From: an uncultured Candidatus Saccharibacteria bacterium
GTDB taxonomy: Bacteria; Patescibacteriota; Minisyncoccia; Phycocordibacterales; UBA1550
Reading direction: 5' to 3'
Assembly: GCA_964457625.1 (NCBI GenBank)
Contig: CAYWES010000001.1
Span: forward strand, 17,725-81,724
Length of the DNA: 64,000 bases
The notes under the pieces are model-generated. The model was not told the origin of the DNA and searched no databases. It was given only the letters and a program-made list of their open reading frames with translations. Below are positions 54,971 to 64,000 of this stretch, piece by piece (the stretch's first letter is position 1; each line of letters begins with the position of its first letter). Position numbers and translations under genes: made by a program.

Positions 54971-56758
54971 ATGAATTCACGAGAATTACGATCACGATTT
55001 TTAAAATTTTTTGAGAAGAGGGGACATGCCGTCATCCCTTCAGCTTCTTTGGTACCGGAGAATGACCCTTCGGTGCTTTTTAATACTGCGGGAATGCAAC
55101 CTCTCGTCCCGTATCTTTTGGGAGCACCGCATCCGGATGGCACGCGCCTCGTGAATGCACAAAAGTGTGTTCGCACGCAAGATATCGACGAGATTGGCGA
55201 CAGCACCCATGCCACATTTTTTGAAATGCTTGGAAATTGGTCTCTTGGAGATTATTTCAAAGAGGATGCGCTTCGCTGGAGCTTTGAATTCCTCACTTCA
55301 AAAGAAGAGGGGCTCGGGCTTGATCCTCGTCGTCTGTATGTGACGGTATTTGCGGGTGATGAAAACGCTCCTCGCGATGAAGAATCAGCGACCATCTGGA
55401 GAAGTATCTTTGTGGAGCACAACATTCCGGGAGAGCGTATCTATTTCCTCAGCGCAAAATCTAATTGGTGGAGCCCCGGAGACAATGGACCATGTGGGCC
55501 CGACTCAGAAATGTTTTATGATGTGAGCGGAAAGCACACCGAAGGAATGACACTTGAAGAGTACCTCGCTGCTGATAACGCACAGGATGTGGTTGAGATC
55601 TGGAACGACGTATTCATGGAATACAAAAAAGAGAACGGTGTTGTCGTCGGGAAGCTCAGCCGAAAGAATGTCGATACGGGTTCGGGACTTGAGCGCGTAC
55701 TCATGACGGTGCAGGGCAAGGATAATATTTTTGATACGGATTTATTTACGCCCATTTTTGACGCCATTCGTGCACATACGGGCGGAGAAATTCGCGATAT
55801 GCGTGCGGCACGTATTGTTGCGGATCACATGCGCGCGTCAACGATGATGATTACGGATGGAGTGCGTCCTTCAAACACGGATCAAGGATATATCGTGCGC
55901 AGGCTTTTGCGTCGCGCGGTGCGATACGCTGATCTCTTGGGACTCCCTCCGCATACACTCTCCAAGATTGTAGAGGTCGTAGTCTCAATATATGATGAGG
56001 CATACCCGGAAGTCTCTGTTCGAAAAAAAGAGACCCAAGAAGCGATTCAGAAAGAAGAGGAGAAGTTTAGAAAAACACTCGAGCGAGGAATGAAAGAGTT
56101 TGCGCGCCTTGCTGAAGAAGGAGCTATTTCTGCCGAGGGAGCATTTCAACTTTTTTCCACGCATGGCTTCCCGCTTGAAATGACTGAGGAGCTCGCCTCT
56201 GAGCGGGGAATTGTGGTAGATAGAGAAGGATTTCAAGAAGCGTTCAAAAAGCACCAAGAGCTTTCTCGCGCAGGAGCTGAACAGAAGTTCAAAGGAGGCC
56301 TTGCTGATACAAGTGTTATGTCGACACGGTATCACACTACGACACATCTTCTCCATCAGGCACTCCGCACAGTCCTTGGAGAAGGAGCAATACAGAAGGG
56401 TTCAAATATTACCGCAGAGCGCTTGAGGTTTGACTTTGCTCATGGTGCAAAAATGACCGATGAAGAAAAGCGTGCCGTTGAAGATTTGGTGAATAAAAAG
56501 ATTTCAGAGGCGCTTCCAGTCTTTTATGAGGATATATCTTTCGAAGAAGCACAAAAACGTGGGGCGATAGGGCTCTTTGGTGAAAAATACGGAGATACCG
56601 TACGCGTATATCAAGTGGGGGAGGGAGATTCTCGGTACAGTCTTGAGTTTTGTGGAGGACCTCATGTGGAAAACACAAGCGAGCTCGGTCACTTCAAGAT
56701 TGTAAAAGAAGAGGCCGTTGCCCAAGGAGTTCGTCGTATAAAAGCGGTACTTGAATAA
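54971..56758 (+). CDS. alaS: alanyl-tRNA synthetase (truncated form lacking the C-terminal C-Ala domain)
   Basis: Class II catalytic core, editing-domain HxxxH (HTTTHLLHQAL) and CGGPHV; 595 aa. Confidence 0.9.
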   Translation: MNSRELRSRFLKFFEKRGHAVIPSASLVPENDPSVLFNTAGMQPLVPYLLGAPHPDGTRLVNAQKCVRTQDIDEIGDSTHATFFEMLGNWSLGDYFKEDALRWSFEFLTSKEEGLGLDPRRLYVTVFAGDENAPRDEESATIWRSIFVEHNIPGERIYFLSAKSNWWSPGDNGPCGPDSEMFYDVSGKHTEGMTLEEYLAADNAQDVVEIWNDVFMEYKKENGVVVGKLSRKNVDTGSGLERVLMTVQGKDNIFDTDLFTPIFDAIRAHTGGEIRDMRAARIVADHMRASTMMITDGVRPSNTDQGYIVRRLLRRAVRYADLLGLPPHTLSKIVEVVVSIYDEAYPEVSVRKKETQEAIQKEEEKFRKTLERGMKEFARLAEEGAISAEGAFQLFSTHGFPLEMTEELASERGIVVDREGFQEAFKKHQELSRAGAEQKFKGGLADTSVMSTRYHTTTHLLHQALRTVLGEGAIQKGSNITAERLRFDFAHGAKMTDEEKRAVEDLVNKKISEALPVFYEDISFEEAQKRGAIGLFGEKYGDTVRVYQVGEGDSRYSLEFCGGPHVENTSELGHFKIVKEEAVAQGVRRIKAVLE

Positions 56759-56770
56759 TTCTCTTTAGGG

Positions 56771-56810
56771 AAAAGGGGCGATGCTGCTTTTCAGCATCGC
56801 CCCTTTTCCC
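56771..56810 (+). terminator. terminator after alaS
   Basis: AAAAGGGGCGATGCTG-CTTTT-CAGCATCGCCCCTTTT. Confidence 0.85.
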
Positions 56811-56848
56811 TTGTTCCTCCGCACCAGAAAAGATATACTGATAGAGTA

Positions 56849-58030
56849 ATGGCATTTTCTTTTTCATTGCGTTCAAAACATAAAGAAAAAACTATTCTCG
56901 TCGTTGATATTGGTTCAGCGAGTGTGGGTGTTGCGCTCGTCGCTCTTTCTCCTAAAAAAAATCCCCACATCCTTCTTTCAGAGAGGGAAGAGATTCCTTC
57001 CCAACCCGAGCTTTCCGCCCCAAAACTCCGACGTGCTATGGAGGGTGCGTTGGGGCGAGCCTTGCGAACTATTGGGAAAAACCTCAGGAAGCATCATTAT
57101 TCTCTCCCTGCGCGTGTTGTGTGTACGCTTTCCGCGCCGTGGTCTCTCGAAAAAACACGCCACATTATTACCGAATCCGAATCCCTCTTTGTGGTCACAG
57201 AACGCATGGTCGATGATATCTTAGAAGTAGATATGGGGAATCTCAAACAGGAGCTTTCCGGTACTCTGCCCACAGAAGATATTTTTGTCTTTGAGCGCCG
57301 CGTGTTGGGAGCTTCGCTTGATGGGTATCAAGTGAGCTCTCCCTTTGGACGCAAAACAACACGCCTCGACACCATAGCGCTTTTCGGAGTGTCTTCGAAA
57401 AAGGTTATGGATGGGATTGTCTCTTATATTGGGAGAGTATTTCATACGAAACAGATAGAGTGGAGCTCTTTTTCTCTTGCCTCGTTCAGTGCGATACGAG
57501 ATATTTTTCCTCACGAAAAAGATTTTCTTCTCCTCGATATTACAGGGGAGGCGACCACGGTGTCTCTTATCAAAAACGACCTTTTAGACCAAAGCCTCTT
57601 CTTCCCTCGGGGTAGAAATACGCTTATTCGAGAACTTTCTCTAGGAATGAATGTTCCCCATGAAGCGGCTGGAAGCCTGTTCAAAATGTATCTTCGTGGT
57701 ACACTAAATGAGCAGAAGCATGAACAGGTAAAGCGTATTTTGAAAGAATCGAGCCAAGGGTGGGTGAGTCGTCTTGAAAAGACGCTCACGGCGCTCCACA
57801 AGGAAGGAAACCTTCCCCACACGGTGTTTTTTAACGCAGACAAAGAAGTAGCTCAGTTCTACCATGAGATATTGAGCGAAATTGGTACGGGGTTTGGGGG
57901 AGCGTTCTTTTTCCCTCGATATGTGGACCCACAAGTGTTTCGAGGATTTATAACATCAGAAGAAGGTATATCTCGCGATCCATTTTTGGTCATCGGAGCA
58001 TTATTAGCAAGTAAATTGAATACACAATAA
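56849..58030 (+). CDS. actin-fold (ASKHA) ATPase-like protein, FtsA/PilM-like
   Basis: Phosphate-1-like ILVVDIGSASVGVAL and phosphate-2-like LLLDITGEATTVSLI; C-terminal amphipathic tail. Confidence 0.5.
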   Translation: MAFSFSLRSKHKEKTILVVDIGSASVGVALVALSPKKNPHILLSEREEIPSQPELSAPKLRRAMEGALGRALRTIGKNLRKHHYSLPARVVCTLSAPWSLEKTRHIITESESLFVVTERMVDDILEVDMGNLKQELSGTLPTEDIFVFERRVLGASLDGYQVSSPFGRKTTRLDTIALFGVSSKKVMDGIVSYIGRVFHTKQIEWSSFSLASFSAIRDIFPHEKDFLLLDITGEATTVSLIKNDLLDQSLFFPRGRNTLIRELSLGMNVPHEAAGSLFKMYLRGTLNEQKHEQVKRILKESSQGWVSRLEKTLTALHKEGNLPHTVFFNADKEVAQFYHEILSEIGTGFGGAFFFPRYVDPQVFRGFITSEEGISRDPFLVIGALLASKLNTQ

Positions 58031-58037
58031 TATCACC

Positions 58038-59411
58038 ATGGATAACATCAAGCGAAAAGCAACAGCACATAAAAGTGCCCCTAGCCCTGAACACAGCACG
58101 ACACATCATCGTGTACCCCACAAAAATGATTCGCATGACGGTGCAGACAAGGTTTCTCCGCATGATCGTATTCAAAGCAGCCCCTTTTTCCAAAAGAGCT
58201 CCTCTCCTGTTTCCGTCGTTCCTCCTGTTCGTCACCATCGCGCAAAAAAGAAGAAAATCCCCAGCGGTAAAGTATTCTTCTTCTTTGTCCTCCTCGCTCT
58301 CTTGTTTGCAGGGGTATTTTTTGGGGCAGGGCGTTTTGCAAGCGCTACGGTCCGCCTCACGCCAGTCGTCGAGACTGCTCCTCTCGATAAAAATATAAGC
58401 GCTTCTCTTGAAGGAGAGGGTAGCGGACTTGCATTTCATGTAATGACGTTCTCGGAGGAGAAGATTAAAGATGTTCCTGCTACCATTGAACAAGATGTAC
58501 AACGGAAGGCATCAGGAACGATTGTCATCTACAATGCTCACAACGGAAACGCACAGCGACTTATCGTAAATACGCGCTTTGAAACTCCTGATGGAAAAAT
58601 ATTCCGTATCGGTGAATCTGTCGAGGTGCCGGGCGCAGTCATGTCCGAAGGCAAGGTGGTGACACCGGGCGCTCTTGAGGTGACGGTATATGCAGATGCT
58701 CCCGGAAGAGAATACAACATCGGTCTCTCAGACTTTACCATTCCTGGATTTAAGGGGGATCCGCGCTACACAACCTTCACCGCTCGCTCCAAGAGCGACA
58801 GTCCCATGACAGGAGGTTTTTCTGGGGTGGTCAAAGTTCCTTCTCCTGAAGCTATCGCTATCGCACAGAGAGAGTTAAAGGACGATCTTAAAATCCTCGC
58901 AATCGAGAAAGCTCGCGCGCAAGTTCCTGAAGGGACAATATTTTTCCCGGGAAGCGTACTCCTTAAATACGAAGAGATTCCTGTTGATTTCACAAACAAC
59001 GATAGAGCAGCTGTGGGTATCCGCGCAACAACATCCGTCTTTTTCTTCAATTCCAAAGACTTGGTAAGTATGTTGGCGTCCGAAGCACTTCCGCACTATG
59101 ACCCAAGTGCTTCTTTCTCGCTCCTTAAAAGAGAAAACCTTACGTTCACATTTCTTGATTCTGTTGAGCAGGTAGTCGTTGAAGATATCGACGATATTCG
59201 CTTCAACATACGAGGGGAGGGCGTATTTATAGGGCTCCTCAACGTCGAAGAAATGAGTAATACTCTTGCAGGGAAACAAAAAACCGCATTTGCTGAAATC
59301 GTCAACACCGACCCTCTCATCGAAAAAGCTGAACTCTCCATATTCCCTCCATGGCGCTCTGCGTTCCCTGAAGATTCTCGCAAAATTGCCATTGATATTA
59401 TTAATCAGTAG
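58038..59411 (+). CDS. bitopic membrane protein: basic His/Ser-rich cytoplasmic N-terminus, one TM, large external domain
   Basis: 457 aa; TM VFFFFVLLALLFAGVFFG; no known motif; immediately follows the actin-like gene. Confidence 0.5.
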   Translation: MDNIKRKATAHKSAPSPEHSTTHHRVPHKNDSHDGADKVSPHDRIQSSPFFQKSSSPVSVVPPVRHHRAKKKKIPSGKVFFFFVLLALLFAGVFFGAGRFASATVRLTPVVETAPLDKNISASLEGEGSGLAFHVMTFSEEKIKDVPATIEQDVQRKASGTIVIYNAHNGNAQRLIVNTRFETPDGKIFRIGESVEVPGAVMSEGKVVTPGALEVTVYADAPGREYNIGLSDFTIPGFKGDPRYTTFTARSKSDSPMTGGFSGVVKVPSPEAIAIAQRELKDDLKILAIEKARAQVPEGTIFFPGSVLLKYEEIPVDFTNNDRAAVGIRATTSVFFFNSKDLVSMLASEALPHYDPSASFSLLKRENLTFTFLDSVEQVVVEDIDDIRFNIRGEGVFIGLLNVEEMSNTLAGKQKTAFAEIVNTDPLIEKAELSIFPPWRSAFPEDSRKIAIDIINQ

Positions 59412-59421
59412 GTACCGTTGT

Positions 59422-59450
59422 TTGACGGCAGAAGAGAGATCTGGTATCAT
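59422..59450 (+). promoter_or_regulatory. sigma-70-type promoter for infA
   Basis: TTGACG, 17 nt, TGg-TATCAT; ATG 11 nt downstream. Confidence 0.55.
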
Positions 59451-59461
59451 CTAAGACCACA

Positions 59462-59677
59462 ATGGGAGAGTCAGAAAAAGAAGAGCTTATTCAAGGAGAA
59501 GTCATCGAGGCATTACCAAGCGCCATGTTTCGCGTGGAATTTGAAGATGGAGTAGTCTCTATCTGCTACCTTGCGGGTAAAATGCGTCTTCACAGGATTA
59601 AAGTTCTTATTGGTGACAAGGTTATGGTCAAAGTCGATCCCTATGGAGGCAAGGGGAGAATCCTTAAACGTCTCTAA
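59462..59677 (+). CDS. infA: translation initiation factor IF-1
   Basis: S1-like OB fold; GEVIEALPSAMFRVEFEDG..LAGKMR..IKVLIGDKV. Confidence 0.9.
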   Translation: MGESEKEELIQGEVIEALPSAMFRVEFEDGVVSICYLAGKMRLHRIKVLIGDKVMVKVDPYGGKGRILKRL

Positions 59678-59852
59678 GGGGGTGTTTTTGGAGAAACAAC
59701 TGGAAATTATGCCTAAAACTCTTGCATTTAATTTAAAAATGCGATAGAATGGCAAAATCGTTTCATTTCGGAACGGTTGGTTCCGATTTGCCCTTGTTTT
59801 GCAAAGGTTTTCTCACAAACTGAGCATTACTCTAAAGAGGCATTTATTTTTT

Positions 59853-59966
59853 ATGAAAGTACGAGCATCAGTGAAAAAGATTTGCGTAAAATGCAAAATG
59901 GTCAAGCGAGGAGATCGTATTCGTGTTATTTGTGCAAATCCAAAACATAAACAGCGACAAGGCTAA
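59853..59966 (+). CDS. rpmJ: 50S ribosomal protein L36 (37 aa; below the ORF-track cutoff)
   Basis: Own translation gives [37 protein letters not shown]; AAAGAGG RBS. Confidence 0.85.
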   Translation: MKVRASVKKICVKCKMVKRGDRIRVICANPKHKQRQG

Positions 59967-59979
59967 ATATATTTAGAAC

Positions 59980-60360
59980 ATGCGTATTTTAGGAGTTACT
60001 ATACCAGACGAAAAGCGATTAGAAATTGGACTCACTGCGGTCTACGGTATCGGTCGTCCCGTGGCAAAGAAAATTCTCAACAATGCGGGAATTGACGGCG
60101 GAGTCCGTGCGAAAGAATTGTCTGCTGATGATGAAGCAAAGATTCGCAAGGAAATAGAAGGCATGACCCTAGAAGGGGACCTCAAGCGCTCCGTTGCTTC
60201 ATCTATCAAGCGTTTGAAAGATATAAAGACATACCGAGGAAGTCGTCATGCAAAGAAGCTTCCTGCGCGCGGACAGCGCACAAAGACCAACTCGCGCACG
60301 GTCCGAGGTAATGTTCGCAAGACTATGGGTTCAGGGCGTCGTAAGGCTGACAAGAAATAA
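59980..60360 (+). CDS. rpsM: 30S ribosomal protein S13
   Basis: MRILGVTIPDEKRLEIGLTAVYGIG. Confidence 0.95.
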   Translation: MRILGVTIPDEKRLEIGLTAVYGIGRPVAKKILNNAGIDGGVRAKELSADDEAKIRKEIEGMTLEGDLKRSVASSIKRLKDIKTYRGSRHAKKLPARGQRTKTNSRTVRGNVRKTMGSGRRKADKK

Positions 60361-60366
60361 TATAGT

Positions 60367-60801
60367 ATGGGAAAGAAACGAATCATCAAGAAAGAAGGAC
60401 AGACTGCGGACCAAGGATTGGTCTCACGTGCTCTCGCGCGTACCGCAAAGAAGAAGCATGCTACAGGTACCTTGTATGTACAGTCAACATACAACAATAC
60501 TAAGCTTATGCTTGCCGACAAGAATGGCGGAGCCCTCCTTGCTTCCTCATCTGGTGCGCTCGGTTTCAAAGGAGCAAAAAAGGGGACTCCGTTTGCTGCC
60601 GCAAAGGTAGGAGAACTTTTGGGGGAGCGCGCACTCATCATTGGTATCAAGGAAGTTGATGTGGTGGTGAAAGGAGTCGGATCAGGTCGTGAAAGCTCGA
60701 TTCGCGCGTTTAACTCAAAAGGAATCGATATCACCAAGATTCGTGATGTCACCCCGGTTCCTCACAATGGACCAAAGCCTAAGAAACCTCGAAGGATTTA
60801 A
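60367..60801 (+). CDS. rpsK: 30S ribosomal protein S11
   Basis: Typical S11 sequence; gene order. Confidence 0.9.
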   Translation: MGKKRIIKKEGQTADQGLVSRALARTAKKKHATGTLYVQSTYNNTKLMLADKNGGALLASSSGALGFKGAKKGTPFAAAKVGELLGERALIIGIKEVDVVVKGVGSGRESSIRAFNSKGIDITKIRDVTPVPHNGPKPKKPRRI

Positions 60802-60819
60802 TCTTCTTAACGTAATCAT

Positions 60820-61431
60820 ATGAGTAGAATTCCATGTAAAGTTTGTCGTCGTCTCGGAGAGTCAATTTGCGGACGAGAAAAATGTGCTTTCAAGCGCCGT
60901 CCGTACCCTCCTGGTCGTACGATGGCGGAACGCAAGCACCGTTCTTCGGTGACTGACTACGGTCATCAGATGCGCGAGAAGCAGAAGGTTCGCAACACAT
61001 ACGGTCTTCGTGAAAAGCAGTTCGCTTCATATATTAAAGAGGCGACAAACATTAAGGGCGTTAATCCCGCAGAAGCTCTTTTTGAGGTTCTCGAGTCTCG
61101 TCTCGACAGCGCGGTACTTCGCGCGGGGTTTGCCCCTTCTCGTTCTCTTGCGCGCCAGATGGTTGCGCACGGACATATTACGGTAAATGGACGCCGTACC
61201 TACATTCCTTCGCGTCGCCTTAAAGTGGGAGATGTCCTTGCGGTGCGTGAGGGAAGCAAGGGTACCGCATTGTTTTTGGGGATTGCAGAGAAGCTTGCTT
61301 CACACACTGCGCCGACGTGGCTCAGTGTTGACGCACAGAAGGTTTCCGCAACGTTTCAAGGAAAGCCAAAAGCTATCCAAGGTGAGTACACGTTTAATCT
61401 CACCACGGTTATCGAGTTCTATAGTCGTTAG
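60820..61431 (+). CDS. rpsD: 30S ribosomal protein S4 (Zn-ribbon type)
   Basis: CKVCRRLGESICGREKC; S4 domain. Confidence 0.9.
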   Translation: MSRIPCKVCRRLGESICGREKCAFKRRPYPPGRTMAERKHRSSVTDYGHQMREKQKVRNTYGLREKQFASYIKEATNIKGVNPAEALFEVLESRLDSAVLRAGFAPSRSLARQMVAHGHITVNGRRTYIPSRRLKVGDVLAVREGSKGTALFLGIAEKLASHTAPTWLSVDAQKVSATFQGKPKAIQGEYTFNLTTVIEFYSR

Positions 61432-61471
61432 TCCTATTACCGGATAGACCAAACATATTTTTAATATCATC

Positions 61472-62446
61472 ATGCTCGACTACAACATCACATTGCCATC
61501 AAAACCAAAGATCATCTCCGAAGATGGTTTTAAGGGTACTTACGAGATTGAAAGTCTTTATCCGGGATACGGTCATACCCTCGGAAATTCATTGCGTCGC
61601 ATTGTCCTCTCATCACTTCTCGGCGCTGCCATTACCTCGGTAAAAATCGAAGGCGCTCCTCATGAGTTTTCAACGTTGGACGGAGTCAAAGAAGACGTTA
61701 TCACCATTCTCCTTAACCTTAAAAAAGTTCGCTTCAAGCTTGCTACCGAGGGTGAGCACGTAGTAACCCTTTCTGTAAAGGGGGCAAAAGACGTCACCGC
61801 GGGGGACATCAAGCTCTCTGGACAGGTGGAGGTTTTGAATCCTGAGATTTCTGTTGCGACACTTACGAGCAAGAATGCTTCTCTTGAGATAGAAATGACA
61901 CTCATGAATGGCTTCGGATACGTTGCGAAGGAGATTCACCAGAAGGACAAAGTAGAAATTGGCACGATTGCCGTTGACGCCATCTTTACTCCTATTCGCC
62001 GTGTAAACTACGAAGTTGATAACATGCGCGTCGGTGATCGTACGGACTACAATCGCTTGCGTATGACGATTGAGACCGACGGTACCATTACGCCACGTCG
62101 TGCGCTCGAAGCATCTATCGAGATTATGACAAAACAACTCAAGGCAATCATCGGATTTTCCGAAGCGGAGGAAGAGGTTGTCGAAGCACCTTCTCTAGAC
62201 ACTATCGAAGAAGAGGGTTCTTCAAAGAAGGAAGTTGCCGACACAGAGTTCCTCAAGACGCGTATTGAGCAGCTTGATCTTTCTACGCGCACGACAAACG
62301 CTTTGAACAATGCGAACATCCGCACGGTGGGAGGGCTTGCGCGAAAGACAGAAGAAGACCTTCTTGAGATTGACGGTCTAGGAGACAAGGGAATTCAGGA
62401 GATTAAGCGCGTGCTTGCGCAGTACAACATTATCCTCAAGGATTAA
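61472..62446 (+). CDS. rpoA: DNA-directed RNA polymerase alpha subunit
   Basis: N-terminal dimerisation domain and C-terminal alphaCTD; gene order. Confidence 0.9.
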   Translation: MLDYNITLPSKPKIISEDGFKGTYEIESLYPGYGHTLGNSLRRIVLSSLLGAAITSVKIEGAPHEFSTLDGVKEDVITILLNLKKVRFKLATEGEHVVTLSVKGAKDVTAGDIKLSGQVEVLNPEISVATLTSKNASLEIEMTLMNGFGYVAKEIHQKDKVEIGTIAVDAIFTPIRRVNYEVDNMRVGDRTDYNRLRMTIETDGTITPRRALEASIEIMTKQLKAIIGFSEAEEEVVEAPSLDTIEEEGSSKKEVADTEFLKTRIEQLDLSTRTTNALNNANIRTVGGLARKTEEDLLEIDGLGDKGIQEIKRVLAQYNIILKD

Positions 62447-62474
62447 TGTATCTTAGTAAATTAGAAGTAGTATT

Positions 62475-62834
62475 ATGAAACATCACAAGGCACTCAGAAA
62501 ATTTGGACGCGACCACGCAGGACGTTTGGCGCTTATGCGATCCCTTGCGTTGTCATTGATTATGGAAGAGCATATCAAGACAACAGAGGCTCGCGCGAAG
62601 GAGCTCCGTCCTTTTATTGAGAGCCTCGTCACAAAAGGTCGTACACCAGACCTTAACTCACGTCGCTTGATTGTTGCGCGTCTCGGCGGTACGCTCGGAG
62701 AAACTGGCGCAAAGAAGCTTATTGAAGACATCGCGCCTCGCTACAAGGAGCGCCCAGGCGGGTACACGCGCATTGTGAAGCTTCCTCGCCGAGGAGGTGA
62801 CGCAAGTAAAATGGCGGTTATTGAGTTTGTATAG
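62475..62834 (+). CDS. rplQ: 50S ribosomal protein L17
   Basis: MKHHKALRKFGRDHAGRLALMRSL. Confidence 0.9.
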   Translation: MKHHKALRKFGRDHAGRLALMRSLALSLIMEEHIKTTEARAKELRPFIESLVTKGRTPDLNSRRLIVARLGGTLGETGAKKLIEDIAPRYKERPGGYTRIVKLPRRGGDASKMAVIEFV

Positions 62835-62845
62835 AAAATATTACC

Positions 62846-63199
62846 ATGGCTACGAAATCATATACTATTGATGCAAAGGGAAAGGCGATTGGTCGCGTGG
62901 CGACCGAGGCGGCTATGATTCTCATGGGGAAAAATACCCCCGCATTTCAGAACAACAAGGTTGCTGATGTTTCAGTGACTATTGAGAATGCTTCTCAAGC
63001 CGCTATCCCTGTAAGTAAGCTTGGGCAGGTTCGTCACAAGCTCTACAGCGGGTATCCCGGTGGGTTGAAACAGCGCACCCTCGCGTACGTTCTCGAAAAG
63101 AAGGGATACACACAGGCGTTCACGCTTGCCGTAGGGAGAATGATTCCTCGTAATCGTCTCCATAAAGAGCGCATGAAGCGTTTAGTGGTTATTGATTAA
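62846..63199 (+). CDS. rplM: 50S ribosomal protein L13
   Basis: Sequence and position before rpsI. Confidence 0.85.
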   Translation: MATKSYTIDAKGKAIGRVATEAAMILMGKNTPAFQNNKVADVSVTIENASQAAIPVSKLGQVRHKLYSGYPGGLKQRTLAYVLEKKGYTQAFTLAVGRMIPRNRLHKERMKRLVVID

Positions 63200-63210
63200 C
63201 AATATATTTT

Positions 63211-63681
63211 ATGACAACGAAGGATATCACAACAGAAAAGGTACCGACTTCAGAGGAGCATGCTCCGAAGAAGGCTTCTCGTGGAAAGGAGAGCCCTTAC
63301 ATCGAAGCGGTAGGCCGTCGAAAGACTTCAACCGCACGCGTACGTATCTCAGAGTCTTCAAAGTCAACGATTGTTGTTAACGGCAAAGAGCTCAAAACAT
63401 ACTTTGTAACCCCCGAACTTCAGAAGATTATTTTGGACGTTTTTGAAAAATCAAAAGTTCCAGGAAAGTACACTACGAGTGTCGTGGTAAAGGGAGGTGG
63501 TATTCATTCTCAGGCCGAGGCAGTACGTCACGGACTTTCTCGAGCATTGGTGACGGAGGATACCGAGCTCCGCCCACGCTTAAAGAAAATGGGCTTCTTG
63601 AAACGAGATCCTCGTATGAAAGAGCGTCGCAAGTTTGGACTCAAAAAAGCACGCAAAGGTCCAAAATGGAGTAAGCGCTAG
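63211..63681 (+). CDS. rpsI: 30S ribosomal protein S9
   Basis: C-terminal ...RRKFGLKKARKGPKWSKR. Confidence 0.9.
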   Translation: MTTKDITTEKVPTSEEHAPKKASRGKESPYIEAVGRRKTSTARVRISESSKSTIVVNGKELKTYFVTPELQKIILDVFEKSKVPGKYTTSVVVKGGGIHSQAEAVRHGLSRALVTEDTELRPRLKKMGFLKRDPRMKERRKFGLKKARKGPKWSKR

Positions 63682-63817
63682 AGAAGTTTATTCACCACGG
63701 GCAGTGGTAAAAAAGAACGTTTTCAAAAAAGAGGATATTATTCAAATAATTTCCTCTTTTTGTTCAAAATTTTTTCAATGTGAGTTTATGTGATACGATA
63801 AAAATCTAATTGAGTAT

Positions 63818-64000
63818 ATGCGTATGAATAAGAATACACATCATGAAGAAAATGAGAAAGTTGAAAATATTGACAGCAAAAACGATGATATGTATAGTGA
63901 TGAAATCCAGATTGAAGACATCACGTCTGAGGAGACTATAGAGGCTCTCCAGAAAAAAATGCGCGAAAAACTTCGCGTCTGCGAACAAGAAAAAAAGGAA
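63818..64000 (+). CDS. partial ORF (5' end only) encoding an acidic N-terminus; continues past the window
   Basis: ATG 63818; MRMNKNTHHEENEKVENIDSKNDD...; identity undetermined. Confidence 0.3.
   Translation, partial: MRMNKNTHHEENEKVENIDSKNDDMYSDEIQIEDITSEETIEALQKKMREKLRVCEQEKKE

Noticed and set aside
1-64000. CRISPR arrays, transposases/IS elements, integrases
   Set aside because: No regularly spaced direct repeats and no recognisable transposase or integrase ORF were seen in any frame.

Overview
This 64-kb window comes from a small, gene-dense bacterial chromosome. Many core proteins are unusually short: IF-2 is 506 aa, RpoB 1052 aa, AlaRS 595 aa and EF-Ts 183 aa. Sigma-70 has a lysine-rich N-terminus, many small TM-rich hypothetical proteins are present, and leaderless-looking starts are frequent. 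I infer from these features that the organism is a Candidate Phyla Radiation/Patescibacteria-type bacterium; this is an inference, not a database result.

Most of the window is housekeeping. I annotated rbfA-infB, iscS-like, sodA-like, clpB, rpmG (missed by the ORF track), alr, miaA, a peroxiredoxin, rpmE-prfA, rpsB-tsf, rpoB-rpoC, dnaG-rpoD, engB, a ZnuABC-like metal transporter, ychF, leuS, mltG, mnmA, mgtC, alaS and infA-rpmJ-rpsM-rpsK-rpsD-rpoA-rplQ-rplM-rpsI. There are nine tRNAs (Leu x4, Lys, Cys, Tyr, Trp); Leu(CAG), Leu(TAG), Lys, Leu(TAA) and Cys sit within 2.3 kb, punctuated by long perfect palindromes. Many rho-independent terminators are visible.

The regions worth a second look are:
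- a tandem quartet of paralogous two-TM TrbC/VirB2-like pilin-type ORFs (137-1624);
- an AT-rich accessory island (16.8-20.1 kb) between tRNA-Trp and miaA, carrying a Cys-rich protein, a GIY-YIG fusion protein, a holin-family protein and other hypotheticals;
- a LeuRS with a canonical Nudix box inserted after the editing domain;
- a sigma-region-4 + HARE-HTH protein;
- an ATP-cone + PD-(D/E)xK nuclease-like protein;
- an actin-fold ATPase with a membrane partner;
- a catalytically dead trypsin-fold protein;
- an unexplained structured ~240-nt region between tRNA-Tyr and rpmG;
- an 11-G homopolymer tract;
- a recurring TACAAT/ATAGAGT promoter-start motif.

I found no CRISPR array, integrase or transposase.
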